The position numbers were made by a program, and so were the translations under genes. Shown here in pieces: positions 1-7,752 of a DNA stretch of 14,647 nt (its first letter is position 1; every line of letters begins with the position of its first letter). Below the pieces are notes generated by a model. The model worked only from the letters and a program-made list of their open reading frames with translations. It searched no databases and was not told where the DNA came from. Location of the stretch: contig JAJHRB010000040.1 in the NCBI GenBank assembly GCA_020833025.1, positions 1-14,647 on the forward strand, in the 5' to 3' direction. Origin of the DNA: Thermoproteaceae archaeon (GTDB lineage: Archaea > Thermoproteota > Thermoprotei > Thermoproteales > Thermoproteaceae).

Positions 1-2
1 CG

Positions 3-884
3 GGCCGCGGCGTTCTCGTTGACGCCCCTAGGCGCGAGCTCAGGGTAAGGAAGCTCGGCACTGGCACGATCGTCCTGCCGCTAGGCGAGAGCGCGGTGAG
101 GTGGGTTCTTGAGCGCGTGAGGGAGGGAGCGAGGCTGGTCCTCGCAATGGTGTGGGTGGAGGGCGGCATGTTACGCGTCGCGCTTGTCTTCAGGCGCGAG
201 GTGGAGCCCGTCGAGCCAAAGCGCCTGCTCGCGGTGGACCTCAACGCGCTGCACAACGGCATCGCGTGGGCCGTTGTGGAGCGAGATAGGGTGCTAAGGC
301 GCGGCGCGCTGAGGCCCCATCTGCGCAGACTAGAGAAATTGCAGCGCGAGATAGCCAGGCTCGACTCGCTGTGCGCGAGGAGGGGAGGCCCTCACTGCGA
401 CACGGCAAGAGGCGCGAAGAGCAGGCTCTGGAGACTGCTGGGGGAGTGGACAAAAGAGGCTGCAAAATTCGTCGTCAGGCTCGCGCTGCAGTACAGGGCT
501 GCCATAGTTGTGGACACGCCGGAGAGCGAGTCAATGCAGGAGCTCAAGCAGAGCGGGAGCTACCCCGCCGATAGGAAGGCGTTGCTGAACTTCGGCAGGC
601 TGAGGAGGCTGATTGAGGGGCTGGCCGCATGGCACGGAGCCACGTGCATCGAGGCGAGACTCTACTCAACGCTGTGCCCGCAGTGCGGAACCAAGATGAC
701 GGAGCTGCAAAACAGGCAAGTCAGGTGCCCGAGGTGCGGCATGGAGGCGCGCCGCGACGAGGTGCCGGCGATGTGGGCGCAGAGGAGGCTTGACGGGCTG
801 ATAGGGCCCGCAAATCCCCGCCGCGGCCCCGCCCCGCGATTAGTGAGCGGGGACTCCGGCCCCCGGAGTGCGGCGGGGAGATGA
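3..884 (+). CDS. tnpB: TnpB-like RuvC protein (IS200/IS605 OrfB), 5'-truncated by the window edge
   Basis: The frame of ORF 96..884 is open back to position 3 (GRGVLVDAPRRELRVRKLG...). RuvC-I LLAVDLN (D at 237-239), RuvC-II-position AIVVDTPE (D at 513-515), Zn finger CPQCG...CPRCG and RuvC-III-position RRDE (D at 756-758) occur in TnpB order. Confidence 0.88.
   Translation, partial: GRGVLVDAPRRELRVRKLGTGTIVLPLGESAVRWVLERVREGARLVLAMVWVEGGMLRVALVFRREVEPVEPKRLLAVDLNALHNGIAWAVVERDRVLRRGALRPHLRRLEKLQREIARLDSLCARRGGPHCDTARGAKSRLWRLLGEWTKEAAKFVVRLALQYRAAIVVDTPESESMQELKQSGSYPADRKALLNFGRLRRLIEGLAAWHGATCIEARLYSTLCPQCGTKMTELQNRQVRCPRCGMEARRDEVPAMWAQRRLDGLIGPANPRRGPAPRLVSGDSGPRSAAGR
815..879 (+). ncRNA. 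Candidate omegaRNA/reRNA scaffold or right-end structure overlapping the tnpB 3' end
   Basis: A perfect 10-bp stem TCCCCGCCGC (815-824)/GCGGCGGGGA (870-879) encloses two hairpins, CCCCGC (832-837)/GCGGGG (847-852) and ACTCCGG (853-859)/CCGGAGT (863-869), forming a three-way junction. TnpB omegaRNAs are known to overlap the tnpB 3' end and the element right end. Confidence 0.55.
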
Positions 885-895
885 AAGGGGGCGCA

Positions 896-1026
896 GCTGT
901 CCTTGCCGCCCGAGACTGCGACGTAAATGACGTCTCCCATCTCCACCATGCGGTACCGCCTGATCGTCCAGAACACCCTTCTCTTGTATGCGTTAATGTT
1001 GGCGCCCACAGCGCTGACAGTTTCAA
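896..1026 (-). pseudogene. N-terminal remnant of a TtuA/TtcA-like (TIGR00269-type) tRNA thiolation PP-loop ATPase
   Basis: The minus strand reads YKRRVFWTIRRYRMVEMGDVIYVAVSGGKDS (PP-loop SGGKDS at 913-896) and then runs into IS sequence. An out-of-frame CQRCGR lies just after a TTG at 1026. Confidence 0.78.
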
Positions 1027-1141
1027 GAGTTCTTGAGCTCAACCCTCCCTTGCGGGTTTTAAGACGCTCCTCAATCTGCACTGGCGCGCCAAGCCGGCCG
1101 CGGCTTAAGGCAAGCGTCTAAATACCGGTGCGCGCAGCTCC

Positions 1142-3895
1142 GTGGTCTTTCATTTGCTCCACCCGAGACTCCAGGAGGCTGTCAGGAGGCTCGGGTACTT
1201 GGAGCCCACGCCGGCTCAGCAGGCCGCGATACCGGTAATACTTTCCGGCGCACATGTATTGCTGGCGGCCCCGAGCGGGTCCGGCAAGACCGAGGCTGCG
1301 CTCTTCCCCGTCCTCTCGAGAATGCTGAGCGAGACCAAGACTGGAGGTGCAGTGCGCTGTCTTTACATCACGCCGCTCAGATCCCTAAACCGCGACTTGC
1401 TGAGGCGCGTTTACGCCGTGACAGACGCCATCGGCGTGACAGTCGCCGTCAGGCACGGCGACACCACGGCATCTGAGAGGAGGCTAATCTCGTCGAGACC
1501 CCCCGACGTGCTCATAACCACGCCGGAGTCGCTGCAGATACTACTCCTGCACCGGAAACTACGCCAGAGCCTCAGGGGAGTTAGATACGTGATAGTTGAC
1601 GAAGTGCACGAGCTCGTGAACAGCAAGAGAGGTGCCCAGCTAGCGCTGGGTCTCGAGAGGCTTGTAGAGCTGGCCGGCGAGTTCCAGAGAGTAGGTCTCT
1701 CGGCGACTGTCGGGGCGCCGGAGCTCGTCGCGGCGTTTCTCGGCGGCGTGGGCAGGAGGGTGGAGGTAGTGAGCGTCTCGGCGAAGAAGCACTACGAGAT
1801 CAACGTAGTGCTCCCCACGCCGTCTGACGGGGACTTCGCCGACGCCGAGAGGCTAGACGCGACGCCGGAGGCTGTGGCGAGGATCAAGAAAGTTGTCGAG
1901 CTCGTGAGGCAGGCGGGGGGCTCTGTCTTAGTGTTCACGAACACGAGGGACGGCGCGGAGTTCCTCGCGTCGAGGCTCAGGAAAATTCTCGGCGACGTCA
2001 TTGAGGTGCACCACTCGTCACTCTCCAGGGAGCATAGGGTGTCCGTCGAGGAGAGGCTCAGACGCGGCGAGCTAAAGGCAGTTGTCGCCACGTCGAGTCT
2101 CGAACTGGGAATTGACATAGGCGAGATAGAGCTGGTGATCCAGTACGGCTCTCCGAGGCAGTCCTCCAGGCTTCTCCAAAGAGTCGGGAGGGGCGGGCAC
2201 AAAGTGGGCGCGATCTCGCGGGGGGTTATTGTCGCGCTTGACTTTGAGGACTACTTAGAGTCAAAGGTCATAGCCGAGAGGGCAGCAAGGGGGGAGCTCG
2301 AGGCTGACATTGAGTATCACGAGAGCGCCCTTGACGTGCTGCTGCACCAGGTCGTTGGCATGGCGCTTGAGGCGAGGCTGGACGGGCGGGAGTTGACTGC
2401 AGAGGGCGTAATGCGCGCCGTCAGGAGGGCGCACCCGTACAGGAACGTAACCGAGGAGGACTTACGCCTCGTACTGGACTTCGCCGAGAGGCACGGGCTG
2501 CTCCGGGGGCTTAGGCCAAGGCGCGGCAGCGTGAAGTATTACTTTGAGAATGTTTCCGTGATACCAGATGGCAAGAGCCTCAAGGCTGTTGACGAAACGA
2601 CGGGAAGGGCCGTCGGCGAGCTCGACGAGGAGTTCGTGCACTCGCTGGAGCCGGGCGCGAGGATAGTGCTCTCCGGCAGGGTCTGGACGCTGACGAGGCG
2701 TGAGGGCGATGTGGTGTACCTGTACCCCGACTATGACGTACGGGGGGCCGTGCCGGCGTGGCTCGGCGAGCAGATACCCGTGCCGTACGAGGTAGCGCGC
2801 GAGGTCTGCGCAAGGCGCGCAGCGGCTCTCCGCGACGCCCTCGCCAGCCGCGCCGAGGTGCCCGTGGATCTGGAGGGCCTTGCAGAGGATCTCATACCAA
2901 AGCCGGGGATGCTCCACATTCACGTCGTGGAGAGAAGGTATGCCGTGATTCACAGCTGTTTGGGATCCAGGGGAAATGAGGCGCTCGGCATGTACCTATC
3001 GCACGCGCTCTCGGCGTATGCCGGGCCCGTGGGGTACAGGTCAGACGCATACAGGGTGCTCCTAATATTCCGCGAGCGCGCCGTCGTGGACGCAATTATC
3101 GAGCTCTTGAGGAGGCCGCAGCACTTCATTTACGCGACGCTGAGAAATGCTGTAAGGAGCTCAAGATTGTTTGCATACAAGTTCCTGCAGGTTGCCAGGA
3201 GGGTTGGCATTGTCAGCAGAGATGCCGAGGAGGTCCCCGCGAGACTCTACGAAGCCTACATAGACGACTTGCCGGGGCTGGAGGCCGTGAACGAAATATT
3301 TGTCGAGAGACTTGACGTGATGGCGTTAATGTCGCTAGTGGAGGGAGTCTCGAGCGGCAGGATGCAAGTCGCCGTCAAGAGACTCGCGAGGCCGACCGCG
3401 CTCGAGAGGCCGGTGCTCGAGGAGGCCCTGCGCGCGGACTTTGCATTCCGCGGCCTCTCGAGGGAGGCCCTCGCAGACCTCGTGAGGAGGCGCATATATA
3501 GCAGGCAGGTAACGCTCCTGTGCCTCAATTGCGGGTGGGCGCTGACAGTGAGGGCCGCGCTGCTTCCCGACGACGTCCGCTGCGCGCAGTGCGGCTTCAG
3601 GGCACTGGCAGTTGTCAAGGGAGTCGACCTGGAGACCGCGAAGCGCGCGCTGAGCAAGTTTAAGCTGCGCCAGGGAATGAGTAAGGAGGAGAGGAAGGTG
3701 CTGGAGACTCTCAGGCAGAGCGCGTCAATAGTGCTCGCGCACGGGAGGCTGGGGGCTCTCGTGCAGCTAGCACATGGCGTGGGCCCGAGAGCTGCCATCA
3801 AGGTGCTTAATAGAGTGAGCAGCGGGGAGGACCTCTGGGCGGCGATAATGGAGGCAGAGAGGCAGTTCGCCGCAACCCGGGGCTTCTGGAGCTGA
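1142..3895 (+). CDS. lhr: Lhr-family SF2 (DEAD/H) ATP-dependent helicase with C-terminal Zn finger, 917 aa
   Basis: Motifs Q (PTPAQ), I (APSGSGKTEAA), Ia (YITPLRSLNRD), II (DEVH), III (SAT), HHSSLS, V (ATSSLELGIDIG), VI (QRVGRGGH), YHESALDVLLHQ, and C-terminal CLNC...CAQC. Confidence 0.95.
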   Translation: MVFHLLHPRLQEAVRRLGYLEPTPAQQAAIPVILSGAHVLLAAPSGSGKTEAALFPVLSRMLSETKTGGAVRCLYITPLRSLNRDLLRRVYAVTDAIGVTVAVRHGDTTASERRLISSRPPDVLITTPESLQILLLHRKLRQSLRGVRYVIVDEVHELVNSKRGAQLALGLERLVELAGEFQRVGLSATVGAPELVAAFLGGVGRRVEVVSVSAKKHYEINVVLPTPSDGDFADAERLDATPEAVARIKKVVELVRQAGGSVLVFTNTRDGAEFLASRLRKILGDVIEVHHSSLSREHRVSVEERLRRGELKAVVATSSLELGIDIGEIELVIQYGSPRQSSRLLQRVGRGGHKVGAISRGVIVALDFEDYLESKVIAERAARGELEADIEYHESALDVLLHQVVGMALEARLDGRELTAEGVMRAVRRAHPYRNVTEEDLRLVLDFAERHGLLRGLRPRRGSVKYYFENVSVIPDGKSLKAVDETTGRAVGELDEEFVHSLEPGARIVLSGRVWTLTRREGDVVYLYPDYDVRGAVPAWLGEQIPVPYEVAREVCARRAAALRDALASRAEVPVDLEGLAEDLIPKPGMLHIHVVERRYAVIHSCLGSRGNEALGMYLSHALSAYAGPVGYRSDAYRVLLIFRERAVVDAIIELLRRPQHFIYATLRNAVRSSRLFAYKFLQVARRVGIVSRDAEEVPARLYEAYIDDLPGLEAVNEIFVERLDVMALMSLVEGVSSGRMQVAVKRLARPTALERPVLEEALRADFAFRGLSREALADLVRRRIYSRQVTLLCLNCGWALTVRAALLPDDVRCAQCGFRALAVVKGVDLETAKRALSKFKLRQGMSKEERKVLETLRQSASIVLAHGRLGALVQLAHGVGPRAAIKVLNRVSSGEDLWAAIMEAERQFAATRGFWS

Positions 3896-3956
3896 CGCCC
3901 CTTTCGGCGGCCCCGAGACGCCGCTAGGCCTCCCGGGCGGGGCCGGCTGACGCGCC

Positions 3957-4388
3957 TCAGCCAAGGCCCTTGGACTTCAGAAACTCCTCGAAGACTTGCC
4001 TCGCGCGCTCCGCGAGCGGGCCCGCGCCCTCCACTCCTATCTCGCTGACGCGAACCTTATCGCCTATCACGACAGTATTAGTCTCCTCTATGTACTTCAC
4101 CATGCCAGGGAATATCCTCTCGGCATACTTTGCGAACTCCCGCATGTCTATCCTCCTCTCAATGCTGTCTATGTGCACGACGAATCTGTGCATTACGAAG
4201 ACGCGCGTATATCTCTCGCCGGTCTTGCTCACGGCATTTGCGAGCGCGATGTTGAGCTGGCTGTCTACTGCGTGCAGCACTCCTCTGTAGACCTCTCCCG
4301 TGGAGAGCACTACCTGGACCTCCCGCCCGATCATGCTGTTGAGTTCTGCCACGAATCGCTTGCTGGATTCCGCAAGGGTCAGAGCCAT
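3957..4388 (-). CDS. Sm-like archaeal protein SmAP3 (Lsm fold plus C-terminal extension), 143 aa
   Basis: Sm1 motif (IGREVQVVLSTGEVYRGVLHAVDSQLNIALANA), Sm2-like RVFV, and a C-terminal domain ending VEGAGPLAERARQVFEEF, as in crenarchaeal SmAP3. Confidence 0.92.
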   Translation of the reverse strand: MALTLAESSKRFVAELNSMIGREVQVVLSTGEVYRGVLHAVDSQLNIALANAVSKTGERYTRVFVMHRFVVHIDSIERRIDMREFAKYAERIFPGMVKYIEETNTVVIGDKVRVSEIGVEGAGPLAERARQVFEEFLKSKGLG

Positions 4389-4410
4389 GAAATTCCCCAG
4401 GTGCTCAAGG

Positions 4411-4417
4411 TTATAAA
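4411..4417 (-). promoter_or_regulatory. TATA box of the SmAP3 gene
   Basis: TTTATAA on the minus strand, 23-29 nt upstream of ATG 4388, which fits a leaderless transcript. Confidence 0.65.
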
Positions 4418-4530
4418 GTTGGCCTAGAGCTGTCGGCGCGGCGACGGAACGCCGCGGGGATGTGCTCCCCGAAATGTGGACTCTGAAGGGGGTCTCAACG
4501 GCGCGCGATCCCTAGCCGGGGACGTGGCGA

Positions 4531-4848
4531 TCACGCAATGCCGATATACACCTTCTCTCCGATCCTAAGTGGCAGCTCTCTCATTATGTCTAGCTGCAAG
4601 CCCCCGATGGAAATTCTTGTCATGCTGCTGTTCACATGGTAGACCACGCCCCATGCGTACACCCTAAACTTGCTCTTGTAGTCCGGATCCTTCTCTTTCT
4701 GAATGACCAGTCTAACGCCGTCTCCCGGGGACAGCTTAATGCCAAGGAGCTCTAGCGGCAGCTCTATCCTAACGTCAGCATCGCCCTTGAGGGTGATGAC
4801 ATTTGGTAGGTCGTTACTCACGCTCTCCACGACGAGAGAGAACTCCAC
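4531..4848 (-). CDS. rpo8: DNA-directed RNA polymerase subunit Rpo8 (RpoG, Rpb8 homologue), 105 aa
   Basis: Small beta-rich protein with YAWGVVY...ISIGGLQL...VYIGI, matching the Rpb8/Rpo8 signature YxxxGxxY...ISxGGLL. Confidence 0.78.
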   Translation of the reverse strand: MEFSLVVESVSNDLPNVITLKGDADVRIELPLELLGIKLSPGDGVRLVIQKEKDPDYKSKFRVYAWGVVYHVNSSMTRISIGGLQLDIMRELPLRIGEKVYIGIA

Positions 4849-4867
4849 GGAGAGCGGGAGCCTGTCG

Positions 4868-4882
4868 CTAAAAAGTTTTTAG
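4868..4882 (-). promoter_or_regulatory. AT-rich palindrome: probable rpo8 TATA element and/or thermosome T-tract terminator
   Basis: CTAAAAA-G-TTTTTAG is a perfect 7-bp inverted repeat, about 20-34 nt upstream of GTG 4848 and about 30 nt downstream of the thermosome stop. Confidence 0.5.
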
Positions 4883-4912
4883 TTCTTTGCTAGCCTGGAG
4901 GCCGGCTGCCGC

Positions 4913-6571
4913 CTAGTCGAGCTCCCCCGTTTTCTTCTCCTCCTCCTTCTTCTCCTCTTTCTCCTTCTCTAGCTTCGACGCGGCGATTATCTCGTCAATT
5001 CTCAAGATCATTGACGCGACCTCCACCGCCACCTTAAGCGCGTTGAGCTTGACCGATAGCGGCTCGATGATGCCGAGGGACATCATGTCGACGACCTTGC
5101 CCTGATACACGTCGAGGCCGTACTTCCAGCCGTCAGACTGCTCGTGCCTGTGCCTCAGCTCGGTGATTATATCAATTGGGTCCAGGCCGGCATTCTCGGC
5201 AAGCGTCTTGGGTATTGCCTCTAGGGCCCTTGCAAATGCCTCTATTGCGTACTGCTCCCTGCCGCCAACCTTGGACGCGTAGCCGAGCGCAGCCCTGGCG
5301 GCCTCTACCTCGGCTGCGCCGCCGGCCGGCAGGATGTACGGCTCCTCGATCACGTCGGCCACCACAGACAGCGCGTCGTCGAGATTGCGCTCTGCCTCGT
5401 CAACGAGCCTCTCAAAGCCGCCCCTGACTAGTATCGATACGGCCCTCGGGTTCTTGCACTGCTCGACGAATACCATCTTCTCGTCGCCAACGCGTCTCTC
5501 CTCGACGAGGCCCGCGAAGCCGAGGTCGGCCTCAGTCAGGTCCTCAATACTTGTCACCAGGCGGGCGCCGGCCGCTCTCACTAGCTTCTCGATGTCGCTG
5601 CGCTTCACCCTTCTCACGGCAAGGATTCCGGCCTTTGCCAGGTAGTACTGCGCTATATCGTCAATCCCCTTGGTCGTGAAGACGGCATTCACGCCGAGAG
5701 ACTTGAGCTTCTCGACGTAGCCTCTGAGGATTTTCTCCTCCTCCTCCAGGAATGCCCTGAGCTGGCTCGGATCGTTAATTCTGATCTCAGCATCTATTTC
5801 GGGCTTCTCAACCTCAAGCGGCGCGTCGAGCAGCGCTATCCTGGCATTAATTATGCGCTTTGGCATTGCCGCATGGACCACTTCCTTGTCGATGACAATG
5901 CCGTAGACAAGCTGCGTGTCGAGCAGAGACCCGCCGTGCTTCTTGACGATCTGTATATTGTCCAGGTCGACGTACCACTTCTCTCCTCTCTCCTCGGCCA
6001 CCTGTAGCACTGCCTTGACGGCAATGTCGGTGAAATACTCCTTGACCGTCTCGCTTATCTTGCCGCTCATTGCCGTCATCGCTATCTTCTTCAGCGTGTC
6101 GACCTCGTTGCGTGACGTCGGCACGGCAATCTTGCGCAGGTGCTCGGTCGCGACGTCGAGCGCCCTCTTGTAACCGCTGACTATCACCGTGGGGTGAATA
6201 TTCTTCTCGAGAAGCTTCTCGGCCTCCTCCAGCAGCGCGCCGGCAAGGACTACGGCAGTTGTGGTGCCGTCGCCGGCCTCCTCCTCTTGCGACTTGGCAA
6301 TCTCGACCATCAGCTTAGCTATTGGGTGCTGGACGTCCATCTCGTCCAGTATTGCGGCGCCGTCGTTGGTTATCGTTATGTCGCCTAACGAGTCTATTAG
6401 CATCTTGTCCATGCCCTTAGGTCCTAGAGTCGTCCGGAGGACCTCCGACACAGCCCTGGCAATCATTATATTAAGCCTTAGCGCCTCCTTGCCGTAAGCC
6501 CTCTGCGTGCCCTCCTTGAGCACTAACACAGGGACGCCGCCAATCTGCGTCAGTATTGCCTGGCTGCTCAC
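4913..6571 (-). CDS. ths: Thermosome subunit (group II chaperonin, beta-like); start probably GTG 6571 rather than ATG 6589
   Basis: [29 protein letters not shown] equatorial motifs and a charged C-tail. The TATA at 6592-6599 abuts ATG 6589 but lies about 24 nt from the in-frame GTG 6571 ([21 protein letters not shown]). Confidence 0.97.
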   Translation of the reverse strand: MSSQAILTQIGGVPVLVLKEGTQRAYGKEALRLNIMIARAVSEVLRTTLGPKGMDKMLIDSLGDITITNDGAAILDEMDVQHPIAKLMVEIAKSQEEEAGDGTTTAVVLAGALLEEAEKLLEKNIHPTVIVSGYKRALDVATEHLRKIAVPTSRNEVDTLKKIAMTAMSGKISETVKEYFTDIAVKAVLQVAEERGEKWYVDLDNIQIVKKHGGSLLDTQLVYGIVIDKEVVHAAMPKRIINARIALLDAPLEVEKPEIDAEIRINDPSQLRAFLEEEEKILRGYVEKLKSLGVNAVFTTKGIDDIAQYYLAKAGILAVRRVKRSDIEKLVRAAGARLVTSIEDLTEADLGFAGLVEERRVGDEKMVFVEQCKNPRAVSILVRGGFERLVDEAERNLDDALSVVADVIEEPYILPAGGAAEVEAARAALGYASKVGGREQYAIEAFARALEAIPKTLAENAGLDPIDIITELRHRHEQSDGWKYGLDVYQGKVVDMMSLGIIEPLSVKLNALKVAVEVASMILRIDEIIAASKLEKEKEEKKEEEKKTGELD

Positions 6572-6591
6572 GCCCTTTACAAACGCCATGC

Positions 6592-6599
6592 ATATAAAA
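6592..6599 (-). promoter_or_regulatory. TATA box of the thermosome gene
   Basis: TTTTATAT on the minus strand. Confidence 0.65.
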
Positions 6600-6630
6600 A
6601 CGTTTCCCCGTCTCTGCTGCCGGTAAAGTA

Positions 6631-6636
6631 TTTAAG
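6631..6636 (+). promoter_or_regulatory. TATA box of tRNA-Glu with a purine-rich BRE-like upstream sequence
   Basis: GGTAAAGTA-TTTAAG, about 26-31 nt upstream of the tRNA 5' end, divergent from the thermosome promoter. Confidence 0.65.
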
Positions 6637-6661
6637 AGATTGCCGCCCCTGGGTCAACCGG

Positions 6662-6756
6662 GCCCCGGTAGTCTAGCCCGGTCAAGGGCGCGGTCCGGCC
6701 ATGGATGCGGGCCTCTCGAGCCCGTGACCCGGGTTCAAATCCCGGCCGGGGCACCA
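6662..6756 (+). tRNA. tRNA-Glu(CUC) with a 17-nt non-canonical intron at position 21/22 (6686-6702) and encoded CCA
   Basis: Acceptor GCCCCGG/CCGGGGC, anticodon stem CGGGC/GCCCG with loop CT-CTC-GA, T arm CCGGG-TTCAAAT-CCCGG, ACCA end. Removing 6686-6702 restores the D arm GTCT-AGCCCGGTCAA-GGAT. A central helix GGTC/GGCC is flanked by 3-nt bulges AAG and ATG (BHB-like). Confidence 0.95.
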
Positions 6757-6787
6757 ACCTCCCGCCGGTCCTCAATTCTGTAAAGCG

Positions 6788-6825
6788 ACGCCTTTGCATC
6801 AACGGCGCGCCGCTTCCAAAGGCGT
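6788..6825. repeat. Nested inverted repeat downstream of the tRNA (terminator-like or att-adjacent hairpin)
   Basis: ACGCCTTTG (6788-6796)/CAAAGGCGT (6817-6825) encloses the perfect palindrome CGGCGCGCCG (6803-6812). Confidence 0.5.
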
Positions 6826-6897
6826 TCCAATCTTTTGCAACGGAAAGTTTCCACCTCTGTGCCACCAGTGTGCCAACACCAGCGAGCCGGCAAGCCG

Positions 6898-7752
6898 CTA
6901 GGGCCCCGCTGGCGCCCCGCCGGCTTGCTCGCCGCGCTGCCCGTCCCTGCAGAGCCCCCTCAGGAGCGCGTTCAACTGACTTTTTTGCACGACGCGGTGG
7001 GCAGCGAACTCAATTGCGTAGCGGAGCGCCCTGCTCCTGGCATCCAGCCAGGCGTCTCGCGCTGCGGCGAAAAGCGCCGTGTAAACACTATCATACAGTT
7101 CAAAATAGTCCACCAGATCGTCAACGACGAAGCGCGGCCCCTGCCTGAGTAGCGAGGAGAGCAGCAGGGGGTCTCGTATGTGCCTGGCAATGTGTTTTTT
7201 CAGATATTCGGCCAACTCTCCCGGCCCCGCGCCGACGTAGACGTCGCCCCCGGCGCCGTCGCTGTACACCGCGCAGAGCGCCAGGAGCTCGTGGTCGTCG
7301 AAATACGCGAGCGCGGCCGCGAGACAGCGCCGCGAGAGCTCTAGGGCCCTGTCCAGAGTTTTGGCCGGCCGCGCGTCCCCGCGGGGCTCTCTACACTGCT
7401 GTTCAGCCTTGAAAAGCGCTTTCAGCTCTCGCGACACGAGCAACATGTAGACGTGGGCGTTCCTCTCGCCGAGCCGGCACACCCTGTCCCCGGCGGCGCT
7501 CACGGGAAACAGTTCAATGTAGCTGTTTACTACGGCGGAAAGCCGCACCTCCAGCGACCTCCTGTTGGCGCGGGGGTCGCAGGCCTGCGCAAGCCTGAGG
7601 ATCTCGCCGAGGAGCGCCGCCCTCTCGACGCACTCCCCCGGCTTGAGGATGTGCCTCGCGGCGGCCAGTGTGAACTCATCCAGCGTGCCCTCTGCATAGA
7701 TTTGGCACAACCCGGCGGGAGTCTCCCCCGTTTGACGGCGCTCAGCTCCCAC
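6898..7752 (-). CDS. Hypothetical protein, about 284 aa; start probably GTG 7752
   Basis: Long open frame with protein-like composition. TTTATAA on the minus strand (7782-7776) lies about 24-30 nt upstream of the in-frame GTG 7752. No family recognised. Confidence 0.7.
   Translation of the reverse strand: MGAERRQTGETPAGLCQIYAEGTLDEFTLAAARHILKPGECVERAALLGEILRLAQACDPRANRRSLEVRLSAVVNSYIELFPVSAAGDRVCRLGERNAHVYMLLVSRELKALFKAEQQCREPRGDARPAKTLDRALELSRRCLAAALAYFDDHELLALCAVYSDGAGGDVYVGAGPGELAEYLKKHIARHIRDPLLLSSLLRQGPRFVVDDLVDYFELYDSVYTALFAAARDAWLDARSRALRYAIEFAAHRVVQKSQLNALLRGLCRDGQRGEQAGGAPAGP

Larger units (their letters stand above)
1..895 (+). mobile_element. Right portion of an IS200/IS605-family element; left end and any tnpA lie outside the window
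   Basis: tnpB plus a structured 3' end (815-879). Similarity to a host PP-loop gene begins abruptly at about 896. The exact boundary is uncertain within about 885-895. Confidence 0.72.

Noticed and set aside
662-1081. 139-aa minus-strand ORF treated as an intact gene
   Set aside because: It is chimeric. Only the about 30 codons ending in SGGKDS resemble a known family, and the rest is antisense IS/tnpB sequence.
1104-1124. lhr promoter
   Set aside because: Two weak candidates (CTTAAG at 1104-1109 and CTAAATA at 1118-1124) bracket the expected position, and neither can be chosen confidently.
3896-3956. GC hairpins between convergent lhr and SmAP3 as terminators
   Set aside because: The stems are only 4-5 bp in very GC-rich sequence and there is no T-tract, so they are expected by chance.
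4428-4530. Possible C/D-box or H/ACA sRNA between rpo8 and SmAP3 (GGGGA/TCCCC hairpin, a CTGA at 4483-4486)
   Set aside because: No convincing RTGATGA C box on either strand and no ACA-terminated K-turn hairpin could be built by eye. It would need RNA-seq or snoscan.
6710-6756. att direct repeat of the tRNA 3' end
   Set aside because: No second copy was found by eye in the window, so integration at the tRNA remains an inference from adjacency.
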